Positions 9,397-17,958 of a stretch of DNA of 64,000 bases are shown here, one piece after another. Within the stretch, counting starts at the first letter, position 1. Each line of letters begins with the position of its first letter. Below the pieces are notes generated by a model. The model was not told the origin of the DNA, did no database searches, and saw only the letters and a program-made list of their open reading frames with translations. Both the position numbers and the translations under genes were made by a program. Source of the DNA: an uncultured Mycoplasmatota bacterium (GTDB taxonomy: Bacteria > Bacillota_I > Bacilli_A > RF39 > UBA660); assembly GCA_937944975.1 (NCBI GenBank), contig CALEBF010000004.1:9759-73758 (forward strand), read 5' to 3'.

Positions 9397-11597
9397 AGAA
9401 AATCATACTTGGGATTGATGGAATGAGTTGTAGTGCTTGTTCAAATGGATTAGAAAAATATCTAAATCGGCAAGAAGGAATTGAATCTGCGGTAGTGAAC
9501 TTAGTTATGGCAACAGCATCCATTTGTTATGATGAGACACGATTAGATCAAAAAAAGATCGAACGTTTTATCAAAGAAGCAGGGTTTCGTAGTACAGGGA
9601 TTTATCGTGTGAATGCGGAAAAAGAAACGCATCGCAAGGAGAAAATTATGTTTTTTCTATTTGGCTTTCTTGCTTTGATTATTCTTTATTTATCTATGGG
9701 AACGATGTTTGGTTTACCTGTCGTAGAAGCTCTTCATATGCATCGTAATCCAAAAATTTATAGTAGTGTATTATGCGTCCTGTCGTTTTTATTTTTGATT
9801 TATGGATTTGATATTATAAAAAGTGGATGGAATAATTTGATCCATCGTACTCCTAATATGGATACACTAGTGATGATTGGAGTGATTTCTAGTTTTCTTT
9901 ATAGTGTTTATCACATGGTATTGATTTTTTATGGAGAACCGACATATGTGGAACATCTATATTTTGAGTCTACTGCAATTGTGATATTTTTTATTAAGTT
10001 AGGCCGATATATCGATGCAGTCAATAAAAATAAGACGAAGGAAGCGATTCAAAAATTAGTACAGATTACTCCGACAAGTGCGGTGATAAAACGTGGAACA
10101 AAAGAAGAAAAAGTGACGATTGACGAAGTGCAACCAGGAGATATTGTCATTTGCAAAGCAGGTGAAAAAATCGCAGTTGATGGAACGATCGTAAAGGGAA
10201 GTGCACATATTGATGAATCTCTTATTACAGGGGAGTCAAAACCTGTAGCAAAAAGTAAGGATGAGAAAGTAATTGCAGGAAGTATCAATTATGATGGATA
10301 TTTAGAATATCGTGCTGAAAAGATTGGAAAGGATTCTACGATTTCTGAGATTGTACGACTCGTTATGGAAGCGACGAATACGAAGATGCCAATTGCGAAG
10401 CTTGCCGATCGGGTGAGTGGATATTTTGTTCCTGTCGTTATCCTGCTTGCAGTCATTACTTTTATCGCGTATTTGATTTTAGGATATTCTATGGATGAAG
10501 CCGTCAATACGTTTGTTACGATTTTAGTAGTTGCGTGTCCTTGTGCATTAGGTCTTGCAACACCACTTGCAATTGTCGTAAGTGAAGGCTTGTGTGCAAG
10601 TCGAGGAATTTTAGTAAAACATAGTGAAATACTTGAACTATCTTCAAAAGTAGATACGATTGTTTTTGATAAGACAGGGACTTTAACTTATGGACGTTTA
10701 AGAATCGCACATTTCGTAAATCATAGTAATATCGATGAAAAAACATTAATGTTATGGATCAGTAGTTTAGAATTACAATCGACGCATCCGATTCGTGGAG
10801 CATTCGAACTATATATGAAACAAAATAATTTAAAACCATTAGATGTTACTGATTTTAAAAACATATCGGGAGAGGGAATTAGAGGAACTGTGAATGGTAA
10901 AAAAATGATGTTAGGAAATGAATCCTTATTGCAACATTACCATTTAGAATACAGTTGCCAAAAAGAAATCGATCAATTTTCAAATGAAGGAAATAGTATT
11001 ATTTTTGTCGTATTGGAAGATAGCGTTGTTGGACTAATTGGCGTTAATGATGTCGTTCGTGAAGAAGCAAAAGCTGTGATTGCACAATTACATGAAAAGA
11101 AAGTTCATACAGTCTTGTTGACAGGCGATCATAAGAATGTAGCTGATAAGATCGGAAGAAAGTTAAAGGTGGAAACCGTTGTGGCAAATGTACTTCCGAA
11201 AGAAAAATTAAATTATATTGATACACTGAAAAAAGAGGGACACATCGTTATGATGTGTGGAGATGGAATTAATGATTCTCCTGCTTTAGCGCATGCTGAT
11301 GTAGGACTTAGTATGAGTGGCTCTACGGATATTGCAACAGATGCAGCAGATGTTATTTTAATGAAAGAAGATTTAAATGATATTCTACGTTTATTAGATA
11401 TTAGCAAACATACGATTCGCAATATCAAACAGAATTTATTTTGGGCGTTTTTTTACAACGTTTTAATGATTCCGATCGCAATGGGATTATTCCGCGATTT
11501 TGGAATTACACTTCATCCGATGCTTGCAGGTTTTGCTATGATGTTTAGTAGTTTTACGGTAATGTTAAATGCATTACGATTAAAAACGATACGATAA
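9393..11597 (+). CDS. copA: Copper-translocating P1B-type ATPase
   Basis: N-terminal HMA motif GMSCSACS, CPC motif (VACPCALG), DKTGT and GDGINDSP. It overlaps csoR by 4 nt. Confidence 0.93.
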   Translation: MKKIILGIDGMSCSACSNGLEKYLNRQEGIESAVVNLVMATASICYDETRLDQKKIERFIKEAGFRSTGIYRVNAEKETHRKEKIMFFLFGFLALIILYLSMGTMFGLPVVEALHMHRNPKIYSSVLCVLSFLFLIYGFDIIKSGWNNLIHRTPNMDTLVMIGVISSFLYSVYHMVLIFYGEPTYVEHLYFESTAIVIFFIKLGRYIDAVNKNKTKEAIQKLVQITPTSAVIKRGTKEEKVTIDEVQPGDIVICKAGEKIAVDGTIVKGSAHIDESLITGESKPVAKSKDEKVIAGSINYDGYLEYRAEKIGKDSTISEIVRLVMEATNTKMPIAKLADRVSGYFVPVVILLAVITFIAYLILGYSMDEAVNTFVTILVVACPCALGLATPLAIVVSEGLCASRGILVKHSEILELSSKVDTIVFDKTGTLTYGRLRIAHFVNHSNIDEKTLMLWISSLELQSTHPIRGAFELYMKQNNLKPLDVTDFKNISGEGIRGTVNGKKMMLGNESLLQHYHLEYSCQKEIDQFSNEGNSIIFVVLEDSVVGLIGVNDVVREEAKAVIAQLHEKKVHTVLLTGDHKNVADKIGRKLKVETVVANVLPKEKLNYIDTLKKEGHIVMMCGDGINDSPALAHADVGLSMSGSTDIATDAADVILMKEDLNDILRLLDISKHTIRNIKQNLFWAFFYNVLMIPIAMGLFRDFGITLHPMLAGFAMMFSSFTVMLNALRLKTIR

Positions 11598-11608
11598 GGA
11601 GGAAAGAT

Positions 11609-11820
11609 ATGTTGAAGAGAATAAAAAAAGTAATCACTGTGAACATTGTCAAAAACGAGTAGAAAAAGCACTTTCCAGTTTACGCGAGGTAAAAAAAGTA
11701 GAAGTAACCCTAGAAGACAAGAAAGTTATAGTTATTCTGAAAAAAGAAATAGGCGATGAAAAAATAAAAGAAGCGATCGAAAATTTAGGATATTCAGTAG
11801 AGAATATTACTCTTTTGTAG
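11609..11820 (+). pseudogene. copZ: copZ-like HMA copper-chaperone ORF interrupted by a frame change at an A7 run
   Basis: ATG 11609 has an AAGGAGG RBS but stops after 17 codons. The -1 frame from 11629 encodes SNHCEHCQKRVEKALSSLREVKKVEVTLEDKKVIVILKKEIGDEKIKEAIENLGYSVENITLL* (a CxxC HMA fold). The frames meet at ATAAAAAAAG (11621-11630). Confidence 0.6.
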
Positions 11821-11881
11821 ATTTTAGAGAAAGTAGGTATCGCCTATTTTTTCGTTGAAAAAGAGTATGATCGGTGTTAGA

Positions 11882-12673
11882 ATGAAATTGGAGAGTGGAA
11901 AAGTGAAAAGAGTTAAACCTGTTGGAGTGGTGGCAGGTATTATTTTAGTCATCATTATCATATTTGGAGGAATTTATGTGTCTGGTAATTGGCCTTTTCG
12001 ATTTCGATCAGAGTTAGATCATTTCTTTGGAAAAGGAAATTGGGAAGTAATTTCCGAAGAGAAAAAAGAAAGTATTATGTACGATGTAGTGGTGTCTTCG
12101 CGAACTGATGTTACATCGCAATCTACGATACCTGGAAAATTTCACGAGTGGAATATTTCTTTTTCAAATGCGGAAGGAAAGCAAGAAATTTGGCAACTAA
12201 GTGATCATACGATGAAAATTAACCATGATAAATATATCATTTTTAGTAAGAATCGTTATTCTGCAAAGCAAGCGTTGGTTCAAGAATTGATGGAAATATC
12301 ATTTACAGTGGCAGGAAACGAGATACGGCAAGATGTGGTTGAGAAAATTCTTCCTAAAAATGAAGCTGATTGCCTAAGAGTTACGCTTACTTATCGTGGT
12401 GGAAATCCAGAACCAAGTTTTTATGATAAATTGTGGAAAGAACCTTGGTTTACAGTAGATCAAATAAGCGCTAAAGATTATTTAGAAAGTGATTTATATG
12501 AATTTTATATTGATATTTTTGCATACGATTACAGAGTAGAGAAATTGACACAAAAGGAGAAAGAACATATGATGGATAGTTTTGATGAATTAGAAGAAGC
12601 TATTCGAAAAACGTATGGAGAAAACGTTAAGTACGAAATTTATTTTGATCATGAGCATTCTAAAGAGCAATAG
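11882..12673 (+). CDS. Hypothetical membrane-anchored protein
   Basis: One TM helix (VGVVAGIILVIIIIFGGIYV) followed by an extracytoplasmic domain. The start is ambiguous (11855 TTG, 11882 ATG or 11903 GTG). Confidence 0.5.
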   Translation: MKLESGKVKRVKPVGVVAGIILVIIIIFGGIYVSGNWPFRFRSELDHFFGKGNWEVISEEKKESIMYDVVVSSRTDVTSQSTIPGKFHEWNISFSNAEGKQEIWQLSDHTMKINHDKYIIFSKNRYSAKQALVQELMEISFTVAGNEIRQDVVEKILPKNEADCLRVTLTYRGGNPEPSFYDKLWKEPWFTVDQISAKDYLESDLYEFYIDIFAYDYRVEKLTQKEKEHMMDSFDELEEAIRKTYGENVKYEIYFDHEHSKEQ

Positions 12674-12691
12674 TAACTGTGGAGTGGTGTT

Positions 12692-13336
12692 ATGTCAGTC
12701 AAGAAAAGAAAGATAAAAAATCCAAAATTAATGCATTTAGAAGAAAAATCGTTTGTGGACTGTTGTAAAAAGAATGAGTTAGAATATGGGATTTTTAAAG
12801 ACGTCTTGATCGAATCACCTTTGAAAATCGAAGAGGTCACAATTGATAGTTGTGTGTTTCAAAATATAAACTTTACGAATGTTTTATTAGCAGACGTCGA
12901 TATGGTTGACGTTATATTTGAAAATTGTGATCTTTCTAATCAACATTTTGATAAAAAGTTATTGAGTCGAGTGATGTTTAAAAATTGCCGATTGACTGGA
13001 ACTACATTTTGCGATGCATCGCTGAGAGATATTCAGTTAATGAAGTGTAATTGTAGGTATCTTAATTTAGCCGGAGCAAAAGTGAATCGAATGTCAATTT
13101 ACGAATGTGGATTTGAAGAAAGTACGTTCTTAGAAACGGCATTAAAAGAGATCGAGTTAGAAAATGTCCGGTTTGAAAAGGCTGAATTTATTCATACACC
13201 ATTGACAAATATTGATTTTTCTACATGTGATATATATGGAACTCAATTCGATCTATTTTCTTTAAAGGGAATGGTAATCGATTCCTTTCAATCGCAATAT
13301 ATCATTGGAGCACTGGGCGTCAAATTAAAAGATTAA
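12692..13336 (+). CDS. Pentapeptide-repeat protein
   Basis: Runs of A(D/N)LxX-type pentapeptides, for example NFTNVLLADVDMVDVIFENCDLSNQHF and FKNCRLTGTTFCDASLRDI. Confidence 0.75.
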   Translation: MSVKKRKIKNPKLMHLEEKSFVDCCKKNELEYGIFKDVLIESPLKIEEVTIDSCVFQNINFTNVLLADVDMVDVIFENCDLSNQHFDKKLLSRVMFKNCRLTGTTFCDASLRDIQLMKCNCRYLNLAGAKVNRMSIYECGFEESTFLETALKEIELENVRFEKAEFIHTPLTNIDFSTCDIYGTQFDLFSLKGMVIDSFQSQYIIGALGVKLKD

Positions 13337-13392
13337 ATTGTCAATTAAATTGTCAAATTATAATGCTATTAGTGTAAAGTGATTACGGTTCG

Positions 13393-13421
13393 TTGACTTT
13401 GCTATAGGATGTCAGTAATAT
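13393..13421 (+). promoter_or_regulatory. Candidate sigma-A promoter
   Basis: TTGACT (13393-13398), a 17-nt spacer, and TAATAT (13416-13421), 24 nt upstream of the next ATG. Confidence 0.4.
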
Positions 13422-13445
13422 TAAAAGTATAAGGGGGTAGATCGC

Positions 13446-14615
13446 ATGTTATGTGAAAAATGTGGAACAGTCATTCCAACAGGTTCAGAGACTTGTCCAA
13501 ATTGTGGTGCACCAGCGCCTAAAACGATAGATCAAACTCCCATTCCTGATTTTTCGGAGATGTCATCTTCTGTTTCGGAAGTGGTTCCTCAGGAAGAAAT
13601 AACAAATGTTTCAGAGGCTTCTGAAGTTCTAAATCATTCTCAAGTAGGTAGTGTAGAAACATCTCCTACGTTACAACCGACTGAAATGGGTACTGTAGAG
13701 GAGATGCAGCCTGTCACTGAAGTGGCTTCAGAACCTTCTTCAGAGGGAGTAGTTCCAGAGGTGGATGGACCAATGATGCAAGGCGGCATTCCTATTGCAA
13801 CCAGTGCGGTCATAGAACCAGCGCCAGTCATGGAACAACCAGTTGACGAGTTAGAGATGAATGTGACATTACAAGAAAATAAGACAACATGGACAGATGA
13901 GGAGGATCCTGAAGAGAAAAAAGTGGTTCATATGCCAACAGAACCACAACCGGTTGTAAAAGCGCAAGAACCATCAACACCGATGGAAAAACCTGACTTA
14001 TTAAGAGGAATGAATGAGCCGACACCACAAGAATATGCGGAGTTAGAAAAAAAACGTGTGGCGCGTGAAAAGACGAATCGTATGGTACAGATGATCAACA
14101 AGATCGCTTTACTACTTGTTGGAATTGTGATTATTGGTGTCGTAGGCTTCTTTGGATATCAATACTTTTTCGTTCCAAAAGACACGACACAACCTTATTC
14201 CTATGATGCGTATACTTTTCAGATTGATCAAAATTATGAAGTGACAGAGCAAGAGGCCGGATTTGTAATCGAAGCAAAGGATCAAAGTGCGAGTATGAGT
14301 GTTCAGTTATTACCGGATTCTTATGTAGCGTTTGAAAATGGTTATCTATCTAACCAAGAGGCATTTATCAATCAGATGATGATGCAATATGGTGTTGATG
14401 CAGTAAAACGAGTGGAACAGAAAAATATAGAAGGACAGTCATTTATTACGATTACACGGACGACAGAGACAGATAGTTCGTACATTATTTATACAACGAC
14501 TCCGGATGATAAGATCATCCTAGCAACATATGTACCACGAGATCAAATTTTAAATCAATCACAGGCAGATCAGATGTCTAGAAATTTATTAAATATTGCA
14601 CAGAATGAAAAATAG
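13446..14615 (+). CDS. Zinc-ribbon membrane protein with P/E/V/Q-rich linker
   Basis: N-terminal CEKCG-x11-CPNCG ribbon, about 190 aa of low-complexity sequence, a TM helix (ALLLVGIVIIGVVGFFGY), and an ectodomain of about 150 aa. Confidence 0.65.
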   Translation: MLCEKCGTVIPTGSETCPNCGAPAPKTIDQTPIPDFSEMSSSVSEVVPQEEITNVSEASEVLNHSQVGSVETSPTLQPTEMGTVEEMQPVTEVASEPSSEGVVPEVDGPMMQGGIPIATSAVIEPAPVMEQPVDELEMNVTLQENKTTWTDEEDPEEKKVVHMPTEPQPVVKAQEPSTPMEKPDLLRGMNEPTPQEYAELEKKRVAREKTNRMVQMINKIALLLVGIVIIGVVGFFGYQYFFVPKDTTQPYSYDAYTFQIDQNYEVTEQEAGFVIEAKDQSASMSVQLLPDSYVAFENGYLSNQEAFINQMMMQYGVDAVKRVEQKNIEGQSFITITRTTETDSSYIIYTTTPDDKIILATYVPRDQILNQSQADQMSRNLLNIAQNEK

Positions 14616-14697
14616 TACAAAGTCTATTTTTCTTTTTTTATCAGTTGACATAGAATGTATAAAATTAGTATGATATAGTTAGTTAGGAGAGGTTAGG

Positions 14698-15363
14698 ATG
14701 AAGTGTAAGAAATGTGGTCATGACATCCAAGAAGGTGCAGCGTTTTGTACTCAGTGTGGAGAGAAGATAATGGAGGCGGAAACGGAGAAACGTTCAGTTG
14801 TTGATATACAACAACCAAAGAAAAGAAATGTGACTGTATGGAAGAAATACGATGTATTTATCGTACTTGCCATCGTACTTGTCGTATCAGCTATTTTGTT
14901 ATTTCCGTTATTAAAGAATTTTAATAAAGGATTTATTTATACGTTAGACGGTTATGGAATTCCAATCGCAAATGGGTATACTTACGATGATAGTGAAGAA
15001 GGAAGTTTAGCGATTTTAAATGATACAGAAGATGCAGCTCTTTACATACAAGTATTATCTGGAAGTACGTTTAGTACGTTTTATCAGACGATGAGCCAAG
15101 ATTCTGATTTGGTATTATCCATTGTATCTGAAATGTATTCAGATTATGAAATTACCGATGTCGCATATCCAGAGATAGCAAATGAACAAACGTTAAGGTT
15201 GCATATACGTACTTTAGAGGGACAACAAGGATATATTACTTATTATCCTGCTGATGATGATCAATTAATTATGGCAGTCTATGTCCAGGAAGATGGAACT
15301 TTAAATGATCAGAAATTCGAACATATGATGGAAACGATAATCGATGTAGATAAAAGCAAGTAA
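14698..15363 (+). CDS. Zinc-ribbon membrane protein
   Basis: CKKCG-x11-CTQCG ribbon, a TM helix (FIVLAIVLVVSAILLFPLL), and an ectodomain of about 150 aa. The architecture matches the preceding gene. Confidence 0.65.
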   Translation: MKCKKCGHDIQEGAAFCTQCGEKIMEAETEKRSVVDIQQPKKRNVTVWKKYDVFIVLAIVLVVSAILLFPLLKNFNKGFIYTLDGYGIPIANGYTYDDSEEGSLAILNDTEDAALYIQVLSGSTFSTFYQTMSQDSDLVLSIVSEMYSDYEITDVAYPEIANEQTLRLHIRTLEGQQGYITYYPADDDQLIMAVYVQEDGTLNDQKFEHMMETIIDVDKSK

Positions 15364-15374
15364 TTGCTTTTTTT
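15353..15374 (+). terminator. Rho-independent terminator
   Basis: Stem AAAGCAA / TTGCTTT with a GTAA loop and a T-run. Confidence 0.6.
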
Positions 15375-15421
15375 CTTGGAATTGAGATTCAAGTGATGAT
15401 ATAATAACCACAGGTGATAGT

Positions 15422-16084
15422 ATGAAAAGAATTCTGATTGTAGAAGATGATGTAAAATTGCGAGAAGAGTTAAAAGTATTATTAGATCATCATGGCTATG
15501 AAGCAACGATTCAAACGGATATGGAACATATTTTGGAATCGATTGTGAATGGAGCTTACGATCTTGTTTTACTCGATATCAACTTACCTCATACGAGTGG
15601 CGTGACACTTTTAAAGGACTTGCGTAAGACTTCTGATGTTCCTGTTATTATGGTTACAAGCCAAAATACGGAAATTGACGAAGTCGTAAGTATGAGTTAC
15701 GGTGCAGATGATTATATTACAAAACCATATCATCCTACGTTGTTACTTTTACATATAGAAGCGTTACTTAAACGAATTGATCATGTAAGCAGCGTCTTTT
15801 CTTATCGGAATATTCAAGTAATTCCAGAAAAGGGTGTCATTAAGACTTCATCGATGGAACTTCCTTTATCTAAAAATGAAATGCAAATATTCTGTTATCT
15901 TTTGAAGCATCAAGGTAAAATTGTAAGTCGAGAAGATATCATGAATTATCTATGGGATACTGATCTTTTTATCGATGACAACACACTTACTGTAAATATT
16001 AGTAGATTGCGGAACAGACTTCGTGAAGTAGGGCTCGAAGACGTGATCGAAACGAGAAAAGGACAGGGATATTTATTAAAATGA
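15422..16084 (+). CDS. OmpR-family response regulator (BceR-like)
   Basis: Receiver domain (ILIVEDD, LVLLDINLP) and a winged-helix C-terminus (TLTVNISRLRNRL, RKGQGYLL). Confidence 0.88.
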   Translation: MKRILIVEDDVKLREELKVLLDHHGYEATIQTDMEHILESIVNGAYDLVLLDINLPHTSGVTLLKDLRKTSDVPVIMVTSQNTEIDEVVSMSYGADDYITKPYHPTLLLLHIEALLKRIDHVSSVFSYRNIQVIPEKGVIKTSSMELPLSKNEMQIFCYLLKHQGKIVSREDIMNYLWDTDLFIDDNTLTVNISRLRNRLREVGLEDVIETRKGQGYLLK

Positions 16085-17100
16085 ATTTAAAAGATTATTT
16101 GAAAGACCATAGCATTTCTATATTGATATATTTGATATTTAACTTGATGATTATCTTTTTTCTCATTGTATTAAAGATAAATACTGCTTTTCTTATGATG
16201 ATTATTTTTTTTATTATCACGATGGGGATTCTCTTGCTTTTATATGGATATCAAAGAAAAAAGATGTTTTATCACACTTATCTTCAACGATTAAGCGATC
16301 TCGATCAAAAATATTTGATTACGGAATTACTTCCAACAGCGAATTTTTTAGAAGGAAAAATATTAACGGAAAGCCTGTATGAGATTGATAAATCGATGAT
16401 GGAAAGGATTCGATTATTGGAATCACAATTAAATGACTTTAAGGATTATATTGAATTGTGGATTCACGAAGTAAAGTTACCAATTTCTAGTCTTCGTTTA
16501 ATGCTTCATAATTATCCGACGAATGAAACTTCGAAATTGTTAGAACAAGTAAGACGCATGGAAATGGATGTAGAACAAGTACTTTACTATGTGAGAAGCG
16601 AAAATGCACAACAGGATTACTTTATGAAAGAGGTAGCTTTAAAAAAGATTGTATCTTCTGTCGTGAAGAAGAATAAGGAAGATTTTATTGCCCATCATGT
16701 GAAAGTAGAGTTAGAAGATTTGGATGTACCTGTTATGACAGATGCAAAATGGTTGGAATTTATGATCAACCAAATTATCAGTAATAGTTTAAAATACCGT
16801 CGTGATCCTGCAGTAATTCAAATTACCGGAGTTCAAAAGGAAAACACAGTATCTCTTGTTATTAAAGATAATGGGATTGGAATTCCACCTCAAGATATCG
16901 ATCGGGTATTTGAAAAGTCTTTTACGGGACAGAATGGAAGAGAAAAATCGACGTCTACCGGAATGGGATTATACATCGTTAAAAATATGTGCCATTCATT
17001 AGGACATCAAATTCAAATTGAATCTGAGTATGGAAAGTCTACGACAGTTACGATTACATTTGGGAAGCATTCGTTTTATGACAAGGTTATATCTTCATAA
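16081..17100 (+). CDS. Intramembrane-sensing histidine kinase (BceS-like)
   Basis: ATGA overlap with the regulator gene. Two N-terminal TM helices with almost no external loop. H-box WIHEVKLPIS and ATPase boxes NSLKY, DNGIGI and GMGLY. Confidence 0.85.
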   Translation: MNLKDYLKDHSISILIYLIFNLMIIFFLIVLKINTAFLMMIIFFIITMGILLLLYGYQRKKMFYHTYLQRLSDLDQKYLITELLPTANFLEGKILTESLYEIDKSMMERIRLLESQLNDFKDYIELWIHEVKLPISSLRLMLHNYPTNETSKLLEQVRRMEMDVEQVLYYVRSENAQQDYFMKEVALKKIVSSVVKKNKEDFIAHHVKVELEDLDVPVMTDAKWLEFMINQIISNSLKYRRDPAVIQITGVQKENTVSLVIKDNGIGIPPQDIDRVFEKSFTGQNGREKSTSTGMGLYIVKNMCHSLGHQIQIESEYGKSTTVTITFGKHSFYDKVISS

Positions 17101-17107
17101 CAAAGCC

Positions 17108-17121
17108 TTACAAATTTGTAA
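17108..17121. promoter_or_regulatory. Candidate BceR-type operator TTACA-AATT-TGTAA
   Basis: The perfect palindrome TTACAAATTTGTAA lies 70 nt upstream of the ABC ATPase start. It matches the TNACA-N4-TGTAA form I recall for BceR-like regulators. Because it is flanked by GCC/GGTTTT, it could also act as a weak terminator hairpin. Confidence 0.5.
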
Positions 17122-17190
17122 GGTTTTGTTAGTTCTATCGATGGAATCTTGGTACGAAGTAGTATATGATGGTTGTGAAAGGAGCAAAAT

Positions 17191-17958
17191 ATGGCAAACG
17201 TTTTAAAAATTGATCAAATTGAAAAATATTATGGAAATAAAAGTAATCTGACAAAAGCGATCGATGGAATTTCGTTCGAAGTTGGAAAAGGTGAGTTCGT
17301 CGCTATCATGGGGGCGAGTGGAAGCGGAAAAACAACATTATTAAACTGTATTTCTACGATCGATAGAGTGACGAGTGGACATATCTATGTGGATGGAGAA
17401 GATGTTATAAAATTGAAGGGAAATCAACTAAACCGTTTTCGTAGGGAAGAGCTCGGATTTATCTTTCAAGATTTTAACTTGCTTGATACATTAACTGCTT
17501 ATGAGAATATTGCTCTAGCACTTTCGATTCAAAATGTAAAACCAAACGAGATTGAAATGCGAATCGAAGAAATATCTCGGAGACTCAATATTAAAGATGT
17601 ACTAAAGAAGTATCCCTATCAGATGTCAGGAGGACAAAAACAGCGTGTCGCATCGGCGCGAGCAATTATTACAAATCCAAAGTTGGTTTTGGCGGACGAA
17701 CCTACTGGTGCGTTAGATTCAAAGTCTGCGAAAATGTTACTCGAGAGTTTTGAATATTTAAACGAATCATTAAAGGCAACGATATTGATGGTAACTCACG
17801 ATGCTTTTACAGCTAGTTACGCAAGTCGTGTGATCTTTATCAAAGATGGAAAGCTATTTCATGAACTTAGAAAAGGGGATCAATCTCGAAAAGAATTTTT
17901 CGATCAAATTATCGATGTCGTGACAATGCTCGGAGGAGATATGAGCGATGTTATTTAA
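17191..17958 (+). CDS. ABC transporter ATP-binding protein (BceA/MacB-type)
   Basis: Walker [10 protein letters not shown], signature SGGQKQR and Walker B LADEPT. Confidence 0.9.
   Translation: MANVLKIDQIEKYYGNKSNLTKAIDGISFEVGKGEFVAIMGASGSGKTTLLNCISTIDRVTSGHIYVDGEDVIKLKGNQLNRFRREELGFIFQDFNLLDTLTAYENIALALSIQNVKPNEIEMRIEEISRRLNIKDVLKKYPYQMSGGQKQRVASARAIITNPKLVLADEPTGALDSKSAKMLLESFEYLNESLKATILMVTHDAFTASYASRVIFIKDGKLFHELRKGDQSRKEFFDQIIDVVTMLGGDMSDVI

Noticed and set aside
13334-13358. Short direct repeat AAATTGTCAA-TT-AAATTGTCAA after the pentapeptide-repeat gene.
   Set aside because: There are only two copies of 10-12 nt in AT-rich intergenic DNA. The TTGTCA/TATAAT spacing is 15 nt, which is poor for a promoter, so this is probably chance.
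17018-17206. 62-aa ORF spanning the kinase 3' end and the intergenic operator.
   Set aside because: It is out of frame with the kinase and crosses the palindrome and promoter region, with no RBS.
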